Of a stretch of 63,727 bases of DNA, positions 20,104-29,675 are shown piece after piece. The DNA lies in the NCBI GenBank assembly GCA_031459535.1, contig JAVKIJ010000007.1, positions 1 through 63,727 on the forward strand, read 5' to 3'. Both the position numbers and the translations under genes were made by a program. A model generated the notes under the pieces. That model ran no database searches. It was not told the origin of the DNA and worked only from the letters and a program-made list of their open reading frames with translations. Position 1 is the first letter of the stretch, and every line of letters starts with the position of its first letter. Source of the DNA: Candidatus Fervidifonticultor quintus (GTDB lineage: Bacteria > Sysuimicrobiota > Sysuimicrobiia > Sysuimicrobiales > Humicultoraceae).

Positions 20104-21867
20104 ATGCGAGTACGCCGCGCCGCGACACCAGCCCCCTGGGACCATGTGAGCGCTACGCGCCTGATGGCCGATCTCGAGGCCCTGGCGCAGTGGGCGCGGC
20201 TCTCGGGCACGCCCGAGGAGTTGAAGGCGTTCAAGTACGTACGCCGCCAGCTACAGGCGGCGGGATGCAAGACGACGCTGATCATGCACGACGCATATAT
20301 CAGCCTGCCAGGACCGGCCGCGCTGGCGGCCACCGTCCCCGGGACCGGTACCTCCGTCACCTTCCCGTGCATCACGCATTCGTTCTCGGCGTCGACCGGG
20401 GACCAGGCGATCAGCGCCACGGCCTGCTACGCTGGGGACGGCCGGCCGGAGGACCTCGTGTGCGTGCAGCCGGGTGGCAAGATCGGCGTGGTCGATGGCC
20501 TGGCGACGCCGGACCGGGTGCACGCCGCCGCCCGGGCCGGCGCGGCGGGCCTGGTGTGTCTCAACCGCGACCCCCTGGTGCACGAGATGATCGTCTCGCC
20601 GGTCTGGGGCAACCCCGCGCCGGACGATCTGGACCGGCTGCCGCGGATCCCCGTGGTCTCGGTCGCTGCGGAGCACGGTGACCGGCTGCGGGACCTGGTC
20701 AAGGGTGGAGCCGTCTGGCTGCACCTGCGGACCCAGGTGGACACAGGGTGGCGGCGGACACCGATCCTGATCGGCGAGCTGGACGGCGAGGTCGAAGACA
20801 CGTTCGTGATGATGGCCGGCCACGTGGACTCGTGGTACCGCGGCGCCATGGACAACGGCGGGGCCAACGCCACCATGCTGGAAGTGGCGCGGGCACTCGC
20901 CGGGGTGCGGCGCTATCGCGGCGTGCGCTTTGCCTTCTGGTCCGGACACTCCCACGGCCGCTACTCGGGGTCCACCTGGTATGCGGATCACTTCTGGCAC
21001 GAACTGGCCGACCGCTGCGTCGTCCACGTCAACATCGACTCGGTCGGCGGGCGCCACGCGGTGATCAACCGGCACGCCTGGGCCATGCCAGAGACGCGCG
21101 CGGTGGCCGACCGGGTGATCCGGGCGCTGGTCGGCGAGCGCTTCGAAGGCGGCCGCGTGGGCCGTGCCGGTGACCAGTCGTTCCTCGGCGTCGGCCTGCC
21201 CTCGCTGCTGATGAGCCTCTCGGAGCAGCCGGCCGATTCCCCCGATGCCAGCCGCGACTTCAACATTCGGACCGGTGGCGCCACAGGCGGGCTGGGCTGG
21301 TGGTGGCACACCACCGATGATCTCCCCGACAAGATCGACCCCCAGCTGCTGCTGCGCGATGCCAAGATCTACGTGGGGGTCGTGCACGCGTTCGCCACGG
21401 AACCGGTGCTGCCGCTGGACTACGCCGCCACGGCCCGGGACTGGCTGGCGACCCTGCGCAACCTACCCCGGGCGGCCGGCCGGCATCTCGACCTGCGGGC
21501 CCCTCTCGCCGACGCGCGGCGACTCGTCGAGGCCACGGCGACGCTTGAGCGCGTGTTGCGGCCCCTGCGCGAGCGACCGCGTCGCCGTGCGGTCCGCGCG
21601 GCCAACGCCGCCCTGATGGCGATCGGCCGCGCCCTCATCCCGGTGGGATATACCCGCCGCGGGCGCTTCGATCACGATCCCGCGCTCGAGCAACGCGACA
21701 TCCCACTGCTGGCCTCAGTCCGAGCGCTCGGCGGGGCCAGCGGCGATGCCGCCAAGCACCTGGCGGTCAGAGCGCAGCGAGATCTCAACGCGATCCGGCT
21801 TGCGCTCCAACAGGCCGCCGATGTCGCCGAGGCCGCCGCGCGGGAGCTCAGGCGGGCACGCCGATAG
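20104..21867 (+). CDS. M28-family metallopeptidase-like protein with PA domain (paralog 2)
   Basis: RBS AGGAGG; colinear paralog of 6281-8029 (GAMDNGGANAT, FWSGHSHGRYSGSTWY, GGLGWWWHT). Confidence 0.82.
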   Translation: MRVRRAATPAPWDHVSATRLMADLEALAQWARLSGTPEELKAFKYVRRQLQAAGCKTTLIMHDAYISLPGPAALAATVPGTGTSVTFPCITHSFSASTGDQAISATACYAGDGRPEDLVCVQPGGKIGVVDGLATPDRVHAAARAGAAGLVCLNRDPLVHEMIVSPVWGNPAPDDLDRLPRIPVVSVAAEHGDRLRDLVKGGAVWLHLRTQVDTGWRRTPILIGELDGEVEDTFVMMAGHVDSWYRGAMDNGGANATMLEVARALAGVRRYRGVRFAFWSGHSHGRYSGSTWYADHFWHELADRCVVHVNIDSVGGRHAVINRHAWAMPETRAVADRVIRALVGERFEGGRVGRAGDQSFLGVGLPSLLMSLSEQPADSPDASRDFNIRTGGATGGLGWWWHTTDDLPDKIDPQLLLRDAKIYVGVVHAFATEPVLPLDYAATARDWLATLRNLPRAAGRHLDLRAPLADARRLVEATATLERVLRPLRERPRRRAVRAANAALMAIGRALIPVGYTRRGRFDHDPALEQRDIPLLASVRALGGASGDAAKHLAVRAQRDLNAIRLALQQAADVAEAAARELRRARR

Positions 21868-22801
21868 CGAACAGTGGGTCCCCGGGGTTGGTGGCCAGCG
21901 TCGTTGTGACGAACAGCACGACGCCCGCCGCCGGCGTGGAGAGGCTGGCGATCCGTTCGCCGAACCAGTCGCGGATCTCGCCCGCGGCCTGACCGGCGGA
22001 CACCTGCTGGCCCGCGCTCACCGATGGATAGAACAGTCCGGCAGAAGACGACCGGACCCACAGGAACTCGGACACCGGTACCGGAGCGCTGATGGCCTCC
22101 GGAACCGATCCGAGCATGTCCAGGTGTGCAAGCACCCTGTGGATGCCGCGCAGGTGCAGCCCGACCATCCGCTCGTCCAGGATGCCCTGGCCGCCGGCTT
22201 CGGGCAGGATCGCGGGAATCCCCATAGACGATGCGGCCTCGACGGTCGCCCCGGAGAGGCCGCCGGCGACGACGTACCCCAGCCCGAAGGTCTCGGCCAT
22301 GGCGCGGGACTTCGCCACCACCTCGGGCGCCGCGCCCTGGCAGAACAGCACGAACGGCTCCAGGGCTTCATGGAGATCGCCGCCGTGGAGGTCCACGTAG
22401 GCGTCTGCCCGGCGAATGACCTGGGTGAGCAGCGTGTGCGCGATGCGCTCGGACGCGGTCCCGTCCGGCCGGCCCGGGAAGACCCGGTTGAGGTTCCTGC
22501 CGTCTAGCGGGCAGACGCCGATCGCGCGGGCGGCGAACGCCGGCGGATTCGCCACGGGCACCACGATCACCGTCCCGCGCAGCGCCGCCACATCGAGGCT
22601 GGCGGCCGCCCGGATGGCCGCCTCGATGCCCACGTACTCGGCACCGTGGATCCCCGCCGTGATCACCAGGGTAGGTCCGGGCGCTGAGCCCCGCAGGACG
22701 ATCACCGGCAGGCGCACGGCCACCCCGGGGACCGACAGCGCACCGTGCGCTCGCGTTCCGGGAGAGGCGGTCGCGGTCCCGACGGTCAGCGATCCGCGCA
22801 T
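21848..22801 (-). CDS. Succinylglutamate desuccinylase/aspartoacylase family protein
   Basis: AGIHGAEY, NLNRVFPG, DLHGGD, PEAGG. Confidence 0.88.
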   Translation of the reverse strand: MRGSLTVGTATASPGTRAHGALSVPGVAVRLPVIVLRGSAPGPTLVITAGIHGAEYVGIEAAIRAAASLDVAALRGTVIVVPVANPPAFAARAIGVCPLDGRNLNRVFPGRPDGTASERIAHTLLTQVIRRADAYVDLHGGDLHEALEPFVLFCQGAAPEVVAKSRAMAETFGLGYVVAGGLSGATVEAASSMGIPAILPEAGGQGILDERMVGLHLRGIHRVLAHLDMLGSVPEAISAPVPVSEFLWVRSSSAGLFYPSVSAGQQVSAGQAAGEIRDWFGERIASLSTPAAGVVLFVTTTLATNPGDPLFAIGVPA

Positions 22802-22815
22802 GGCGCTTCCCGCCG

Positions 22816-23712
22816 CTAGAGTGTCATCTTGGGGTCCAGGGCATCCCGCAGCCCGTCGCCCAGCAGGTTGAATCCCAGCACGGTCACGGCAATCGCGAGT
22901 CCGGGCAGCGTGGCGATGTGGGGCGCGATGGTGATGAAGTCACGGCCGGTGCTGACCATCAGCCCCCACGACGGTGTGGGCGGCTGGACCCCGAGCCCCA
23001 GGAACGAGAGCGCGGCCTCCAGCAGGATGGCGCTGGCCATGTACAGGGCCGAGTAGACCACCAGGATCGAGATGCAGTTGGGCAGCACGTGGCGGACCAC
23101 GATGCGGAGCGCCCCGGCGCCAATGGCGCGCGCGGCCGCCACGTACTCCTGCTCCTTGATGGACAGCACCGAGCCGCGGATCACGCGGGCGAAGCCCGGC
23201 GTGGCCCAGATGCCCACGGCCAAAATGGTGTTCTGGATGCCGGGCCCCAGCGCGCTGACGATGGCAATCGCCAGCAACAGATAGGGAAAGGCCAGCAGCA
23301 CGTCCAGCGAGCGCATCACCACCTCGTCGGCGGCACCTCCCAGATAGCCTGCCGCGGTGCCCAGGACGATCCCCAGGACCAACGCAATCAGCACGGAGAC
23401 CAGCCCCACCACGAGCGCCACACGGCTCCCGTAGACGAGACGGCTGGCGATGTCTCGGCCGAACTCATCAGCGCCCAGCAGGTACTTGCCCCCAGGCGGC
23501 ATGCGCTTGTCGGCCAGCGACTGCCTGGCGGGATCGGCCGGCGCCACATAGGGCGCGAAGACCGCCAGCAGCACCAGCACCGCCACAATCGTCGCACCGA
23601 ACAGCGCCAGCCGGTTGCGCCGGAAACGCCGCCAGGCCGCCGTGCCGCTCGACAGGTACGGGGCAGGTACGGGGCCTGCGCCCTCTTCCAGGGCCGCGTC
23701 GCGGGCACTCAT
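22816..23712 (-). CDS. Dpp/Opp/Nik-type ABC permease (C-type)
   Basis: LGADEFGRD, LSFLGLG, GDGLRDALDP. Confidence 0.93.
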   Translation of the reverse strand: MSARDAALEEGAGPVPAPYLSSGTAAWRRFRRNRLALFGATIVAVLVLLAVFAPYVAPADPARQSLADKRMPPGGKYLLGADEFGRDIASRLVYGSRVALVVGLVSVLIALVLGIVLGTAAGYLGGAADEVVMRSLDVLLAFPYLLLAIAIVSALGPGIQNTILAVGIWATPGFARVIRGSVLSIKEQEYVAAARAIGAGALRIVVRHVLPNCISILVVYSALYMASAILLEAALSFLGLGVQPPTPSWGLMVSTGRDFITIAPHIATLPGLAIAVTVLGFNLLGDGLRDALDPKMTL

Positions 23713-23736
23713 CTGTCGCCTCCCGGGCTCCCGCGG

Positions 23737-24657
23737 CTAGTGGTACGTGATCCGCGGGTCGAGGTACGCATAGGAGAGGTCCACCAGCAGATTGATTACT
23801 ACGAACGTGACGGCCAGGACCAGCACGCCGCCCTGGAGCAGGACGTAATCCCGGGCGAAGATGGCCCGCACCAGCATCCGACCGATGCCCGGCCAGGCGA
23901 AGACGGTCTCGGTCAGCACCGCACCGCCCAGCAACTGGCCGGTCTGGAGCCCGAGCACCGTGACCACAGGAATCAGCGCGTTGCGCAGCGCGTGGCCGAC
24001 CAGGACCCCGCGTACACCCACGCCCTTGGCCCGCGCCGTGCGGATGTAGTCCTCCCGCAACACTTCCAGCATGGTAGACCTGGTCATCCGGGCCAGCATG
24101 GCCACCGTGGGCGTCGCCAGGGTCAGCGCAGGCAGGACCAGGTGCGACCACGTCCCGCGTCCGCCAGCGGGGAACCAGTTGAGCTGGAGGCTGAAGATCA
24201 CGATGAGCACGATGCCGGTCCAGAAGATGGGCATGGACAGCCCGAAGAGCGAGAGCACCCGTACCGCGTTGTCGAAGAGCGAATACGGCCAGCGGGCCGA
24301 GGTGATCCCCAACGTCACGCCCACCGCGACCGCGATGACCAGGGCGGTCAGGCCGAGCTGCGCCGTGGCCGGCCAGACGTCGGCGATCTCCTCGTTCACC
24401 CGGCGGCCCTCCCGGATCGAGCGGCCGAGGTCGCCCTGCAGCAGACGCGCCACGTAGCGGATGTAGCGCACCGGGAGCGGCTGGTCCAGGTCCAGGGACG
24501 CGCGCAGCTTGGCAATCATCTCCGGTGTGGCACCTTCGCCCAGCATGAGGGCGGCCGGGTCGCCGGGGATCAGGTTGATGGTCACCATGATGAGCAGCAC
24601 GACCCCCAGCAGCACGGGCACCATGATCAGGATGCGGCGGGCGAGGAAGCGCGTCAC
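23737..24657 (-). CDS. Dpp/Opp/Nik-type ABC permease (B-type)
   Basis: PGDPA, DYIRTARAKG, ETVFAWPGIG, YLDPRI. Confidence 0.93.
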   Translation of the reverse strand: MTRFLARRILIMVPVLLGVVLLIMVTINLIPGDPAALMLGEGATPEMIAKLRASLDLDQPLPVRYIRYVARLLQGDLGRSIREGRRVNEEIADVWPATAQLGLTALVIAVAVGVTLGITSARWPYSLFDNAVRVLSLFGLSMPIFWTGIVLIVIFSLQLNWFPAGGRGTWSHLVLPALTLATPTVAMLARMTRSTMLEVLREDYIRTARAKGVGVRGVLVGHALRNALIPVVTVLGLQTGQLLGGAVLTETVFAWPGIGRMLVRAIFARDYVLLQGGVLVLAVTFVVINLLVDLSYAYLDPRITYH

Positions 24658-24754
24658 GGCTCAAACGACAGGTAGCGGATGATTCGAGGCGGGCGCTCCG
24701 GTCGCGGGCCGGAACCGGCCGAGATTTCGCCGGCCCCGCCCGCGCCGGTTGCTC

Positions 24755-26342
24755 CTACTTCTGGATCCAGACGTACGCGAACCCCTGGTTGTACTCGATC
24801 GGATGCGGCACGAACCCCTTCACGTGCGATCGCATCACCGCGATCTCCTTCGTGACATAGAGGGATGGCCATAATGTCCCGCGCCAGCAGCTCCTGCGCC
24901 CGGGCGTAGAGCTCTTCCCGCTCCCGGGGATTCATGCTGAGCCGGGCCTGATCCACCAGCTTGTCGTACTCCGGATTGAAGTACCGGTGGAGATTCCAGC
25001 CCTTGGGCGGCACCTGGTCAGACCGGAATAGCGGCAGGAGGCTGTAGTCGGCATCGGCGGTTGTCGTCACCCAGCCGCGGGTCACCAGGTGGTAGTCGAG
25101 CACCGCAGCCCGCATGGTGGTGAAGACCGTGGCCCACTCCAGGAAGCTGATGTCCACCCGTACGCCGATCTCCCGCATCTGGGCCTGGAACGCCTCGGAG
25201 ATCTCGGCATCCTTGAAGAACCGGCCGCGCGGCGACAGCAGCGTGAGGGCCAGGGGGATGCCCTCGCGCTGCATGATGCCGTCAGGCCCCGGCCGGAACC
25301 CGGCCTCCTGCAGCAGCGCCCGGGCCCGCTGCGGATTGTACGGATACAGAGTGTCGAGGTTCAGGGGCCTGTAGCCGAAGACCCCGGGGGCCAGGATGCC
25401 GTCGGCCGGCGCGGCTGCGCCTTCCAGGATGTTGTCCACGATCGACCGCCGGTTGGTGCCCACAATCAGCGCCCGGCGCACACGGACGTCAGACATGGGC
25501 GGTCGCGACAGGTTCATGGCGATCATCACGACCCGGATGCCGTTGGCCGAGGCCACGGTGAAGTTGGGGTCCCGGGCAAAGGCCGCCAGTTGGGCCGGCG
25601 CCGGTACCAGCACCATGTCCACCTCACCTGTCCGCAGCGCGATCATCCGCGCCGACTCCTCCGGGATCACCCGGAACACGATCCGGTCCAGGTGCGCCTT
25701 CGTCCCCCAGTACTCGTCGTTGCGCGTCACCGAGATCCGGTCGTTGGTCCGCCACTCCTCGAACTTGAACGGCCCGGTCCCCACCGGCCGCCGGCTGAAC
25801 TCTGCCCCCAGCCGCTGCACCGCCGCCGGACTCACGATGCCGGCATAGACCATGGCCACGCTGTAGATGAGCGGCGCGTAGGGCTCGGTGGTCACGATAT
25901 CCACGGTATAGTCATCCACGACCTCGGCACCCTTGATCGGGCCGCCGATGCTGGCCCAGCGAGACGGCGTCTTGGGATCGAAGGCGCGGTCGAACGTGAA
26001 CTTCACCGCCGCCGCGTTGAACACCGTCCCGTCGTGGAACTTCACGTCACGCCGCAGCGTGAACCGAATGCGCGTCGGCGACAACACCCGCCACCCCGTG
26101 GCCAGCTTGGGCTGCACCTTCATGTCCGGCCCCATGATCACCAGCGGCTCCAGGATCATCTGGTAGATCCACGCCCCCGGCGCCGTGGTCTCGAAGTACG
26201 GGTCCAGCGACACGGCATCCACCGGCCGCGCAATGGTCAGCGTCCCGCCGCGGACCGGCCCCACCGGCCCCGACCAAGCCGGCGGCGAGGCCACGGCCGC
26301 GACCAGACCCACCACGAGCAGTACCCAACCAGCGCGTCGCAT
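24755..26342 (-). pseudogene. ABC substrate-binding protein (family 5) with an apparent frameshift near 24862
   Basis: Matches the upstream paralog up to ...DIMAIP; the conserved C-terminus (YVTKEIAVMRSHVKGFVPHPIEYNQGFAYVWIQK*) continues in another frame to TAG at 24755. Confidence 0.75.
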
Positions 26343-26394
26343 GATGCCATCCCTCCCGCCAGTGAGCTGGTACCCTCTCCCTCCTTACTTTACT

Positions 26395-27984
26395 TCACTT
26401 CTGCAGCCAGACGTAGTGGAACCCCTGGTTGTACTCGATCGGATGCGGCACGAAGCCCTTCACGTACGATCGCATCACCGCGATCTCCTTGGTCGTATAC
26501 CACGGGATGAACATGATGTCGCGGGCGATCATGTCCTGCGCGCGGCCGTAGAGCTCCTCCCGCTCGCGAGGGTTCAGGTTGGTGCGCGCGGCGTCCACCA
26601 GCCTGTCGAACTCTGGGTTGAAGTACCGCCAGGTGTTCCACCCCCTGGGCGGCGCCTGGTCCGACCGGAACATGGGCAGGAGGCTGTAGTCGGCGTCGGC
26701 GGTGGTGGTCACCCAGCCGAGCGTGAACAGGTGATAGTCCAACGTTGCCGCGCGCACGTGGGTGAAGACCGTGGCCCACTCCAGGAAGCTGATGTCCAGC
26801 CGCACCCCGATCTCACGGAGCTGGGCCTGGTACGCCTCGGAGATCTCGGCGTCCTTGAAGTAGCGGCCCCGCGCGGACAGCAGCGTGAGCACCAGGGGGA
26901 TGCCCTCGCGCTGCATGATGCCGTCAGGCCCCGGCCGGAACCCGGCCTCCTGCAGCAGCGCCCGGGCCCGCTGCGGATTGTACGGATACAGGGTGTCCAG
27001 GTTCATCGGCTTGTACCCGAAGACGCCCTGGGCTAGGATGCCGTCGGCCGGGCCGGCAGCGCCCTCGAGGATGTTCTGGAGGATGGCCTGGCGGTTGGCC
27101 GCCATGACCAGCGCCCGACGGACGCGCACGTCGGAGAGCGGCGAGCGCGTGAGGTTCATCCCGATGAAAACCACCCGCAGCCCGGTCGCCTGCGCCACGG
27201 TGAAGTTGGGGTCCCGGGCAAAGGCCGCCAGCTGGGCCGGCGCCGGTACCAGCACCATGTCCACCTCACCTGTCCGCAGCGCAATCATCCGCGCCGACTC
27301 CTCCGGGATCACCCGGAACACGATCCGGTCCAGGTGCGCCTTCGGCCCCCAGTAGTCGTCGTTGCGCGTCACCGAGATCCGGTCGTTGGCCCGCCACTCC
27401 TCGAACTTGAACGGCCCGGTCCCCACCGGCCGCCGGCTGAACTCTGCCCCCAGCCGCTGCACCGCCGCCGGACTCACGATGCCGGCGTAGACCATGGCCA
27501 CGCTGTAGATGAGCGGCGCGTAGGGCTCGGTGGTCACGATATCGACGGTATAGTCATCCACGACCTCGGCACCCTTGATGGGCCCGGCCAGGCTCGCCCA
27601 CCGGGCTGGGGTCCTGGGATCGAAGGCGCGGTCGAACGTGAACTTCACCGCCGCCGCGTTGAACACCGTCCCGTCGTGGAACTTCACATCGCGCCGCAGC
27701 GTGAACCGAATGCGCGTCGGCGACAACACCCGCCACCCCGTGGCCAGCTTGGGCTGCACCTTCATGTCCGGCCCCATGATCACCAGCGGCTCCAGGATCA
27801 TCTGGTAGATCCACGCCCCCGGCGCCGTGGTCTCGAAGTGCGGGTCCAGCGACACGGCATCCACCGGCCGCGCAATGGTCAGCGTCCCGCCGCCGACCGG
27901 CCCCGCCGGCCCCGGGTAGGCGGGCGCGACCAACAGCGCGACCACCAATCCGATCCCGACTAACGTCCATCGTGACCCGTTCAT
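26395..27984 (-). CDS. ABC substrate-binding protein, family 5 (intact tandem paralog)
   Basis: RBS AGGAGG; signal peptide; VKFHDGT, PVGTGPFKF. Confidence 0.93.
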   Translation of the reverse strand: MNGSRWTLVGIGLVVALLVAPAYPGPAGPVGGGTLTIARPVDAVSLDPHFETTAPGAWIYQMILEPLVIMGPDMKVQPKLATGWRVLSPTRIRFTLRRDVKFHDGTVFNAAAVKFTFDRAFDPRTPARWASLAGPIKGAEVVDDYTVDIVTTEPYAPLIYSVAMVYAGIVSPAAVQRLGAEFSRRPVGTGPFKFEEWRANDRISVTRNDDYWGPKAHLDRIVFRVIPEESARMIALRTGEVDMVLVPAPAQLAAFARDPNFTVAQATGLRVVFIGMNLTRSPLSDVRVRRALVMAANRQAILQNILEGAAGPADGILAQGVFGYKPMNLDTLYPYNPQRARALLQEAGFRPGPDGIMQREGIPLVLTLLSARGRYFKDAEISEAYQAQLREIGVRLDISFLEWATVFTHVRAATLDYHLFTLGWVTTTADADYSLLPMFRSDQAPPRGWNTWRYFNPEFDRLVDAARTNLNPREREELYGRAQDMIARDIMFIPWYTTKEIAVMRSYVKGFVPHPIEYNQGFHYVWLQK

Positions 27985-28140
27985 CCCGCTACCTCCTTCT
28001 TGCCAATTGGCCGCGAATCCGTCACGGGAATCCCGCGCGTTACGCGCCATGTTCGCCGTCCACGCAGTGTTCCCCTCGCAGGGCGGACCTGGGAGTGCAC
28101 CGAAAAGCACTACCAACAAGCGACCGCGGGAGGCATGTCG

Positions 28141-29649
28141 ATGAACGCTCACCAAAGGTGGTGGCGCTGGGCGCCGGTTGTCGCGCTGGTGGCAGCCCTC
28201 TCGGCCCCAGGTGCGGCCCGGACGCCGGTGACGCTCACCTTCATGCACTTCAACGACGTCTACCAGCTCGGTCCGGTGGACGGTGGCAAGGCCGGAGGGT
28301 TCGACCGGATTGCGTACGCGATCAAGCAGATCCGGGCCCAGGATCCCGAGGCCCAACTGCTCTTTGCGGGCGATCTCATCTCGCCGTCGCTGGAATCGGC
28401 GGTGTTCAAGGGCGCGCAGATGATCGACGGCATGAACGCGCTGGGGGTCGACGCCGCCACGCTGGGCAACCACGAGCTCGACCACGGGCTGGCGGTCCTG
28501 TTGGAGCGGATCGCCCAGTCGCGCTTCCCCTGGGTAGCGACCAACGTCTATCGACCCGACTTCACGCGGCTGCCCGGCGTGCAGTTTGCGCACACCCGAC
28601 GCGTACGCGGCATCGAGGTGGGCTACTTTGGGCTGCTGACCGGCGAGACCCGCGTCGCTTCCCTGGGCGGCCTCGAGGTGATGATCCTCGACGAGGTGGG
28701 CACCGCCCGCACCATCGTGCCCATCCTGCGGCGCGGCGGCGCCCGCCTCATCGTGGGCCTGACACACGTGGATCTTGCGCTGGACCAGCGCATCCTGCGC
28801 GAGGTGCCTGAGATCAACCTCATCGTCGGTGGGCACGACCACGACCCGCTGCGCGCGGTCGTCGGCTCGTCCCTGGTGGTCAAGGCCGGGTCCGATACGC
28901 GCCGGCTCGGCGTGGTCCGAATCCAGGTGGACTCTGATGGCCGCGTGGTGGGGCTGCGCGACGAGCTGATCCCCATCACCGACCAGACCCCGTCTGACCC
29001 GGCGGTGGCCGCGATCGTGAAGAGCTATGCCGACAAGATGAGCCGGGAGCTGGACGTGGTCATCGGCCGGACCACGGTGCCCCTGGATGCGCGCAATGTC
29101 ACGGTCCGCGCGGCCGAGTCGGCGCTGGGGAACTTCATCGCGGACGTGATGCGCCAGGCGGTGGGCGCCGATGTGGCCATCACCAACGGCGGCGGGATCC
29201 GCACCAACGTCGTGTTCCCGGTCGGCGACATCAAACGACGGGACGTCCTGGCCTGGCTGCCGTTCGGCAACATCGTGGTGAAGGTGCGGATGTCCGGCGC
29301 GGCGCTCCGTGCGGCGCTGGAGAACGGCGTCAGCCAGGTCGAGGCACTCAGCGGGCGGTTTCCGCAGGTCTCGGGCATGACGTACACGTTCAGCCGCAGC
29401 CGGCCGGCGGGCTCCCGCATCGTTGCCGTGACGGTCGGCGGCCGACCGCTGGATCCCGACGCCTTCTACACGGTCGCCACCAACGACTTCATGCAGGCCG
29501 GCGGCGACGGCTACACAACCATCAAGTCCGCCGAGGTGATCATCAACGCGGCTGGCGGGCCGGTGATGGCCACCGTCGTGGCGCAGGCCATCGGGCAGGC
29601 TGGCACCATCGCCCCGCGGATCGAGGGCCGGATCACGGTCCTTCCGTAG
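28141..29649 (+). CDS. Secreted bifunctional 5'-nucleotidase/UDP-sugar hydrolase
   Basis: HFNDVY, AGD, LGNHE, GGHDH, NGGGIR, PFGN, GGDGY. Confidence 0.92.
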   Translation: MNAHQRWWRWAPVVALVAALSAPGAARTPVTLTFMHFNDVYQLGPVDGGKAGGFDRIAYAIKQIRAQDPEAQLLFAGDLISPSLESAVFKGAQMIDGMNALGVDAATLGNHELDHGLAVLLERIAQSRFPWVATNVYRPDFTRLPGVQFAHTRRVRGIEVGYFGLLTGETRVASLGGLEVMILDEVGTARTIVPILRRGGARLIVGLTHVDLALDQRILREVPEINLIVGGHDHDPLRAVVGSSLVVKAGSDTRRLGVVRIQVDSDGRVVGLRDELIPITDQTPSDPAVAAIVKSYADKMSRELDVVIGRTTVPLDARNVTVRAAESALGNFIADVMRQAVGADVAITNGGGIRTNVVFPVGDIKRRDVLAWLPFGNIVVKVRMSGAALRAALENGVSQVEALSGRFPQVSGMTYTFSRSRPAGSRIVAVTVGGRPLDPDAFYTVATNDFMQAGGDGYTTIKSAEVIINAAGGPVMATVVAQAIGQAGTIAPRIEGRITVLP

Positions 29650-29675
29650 CGGCTGGGGCTCCTGGCACCCGCCCG

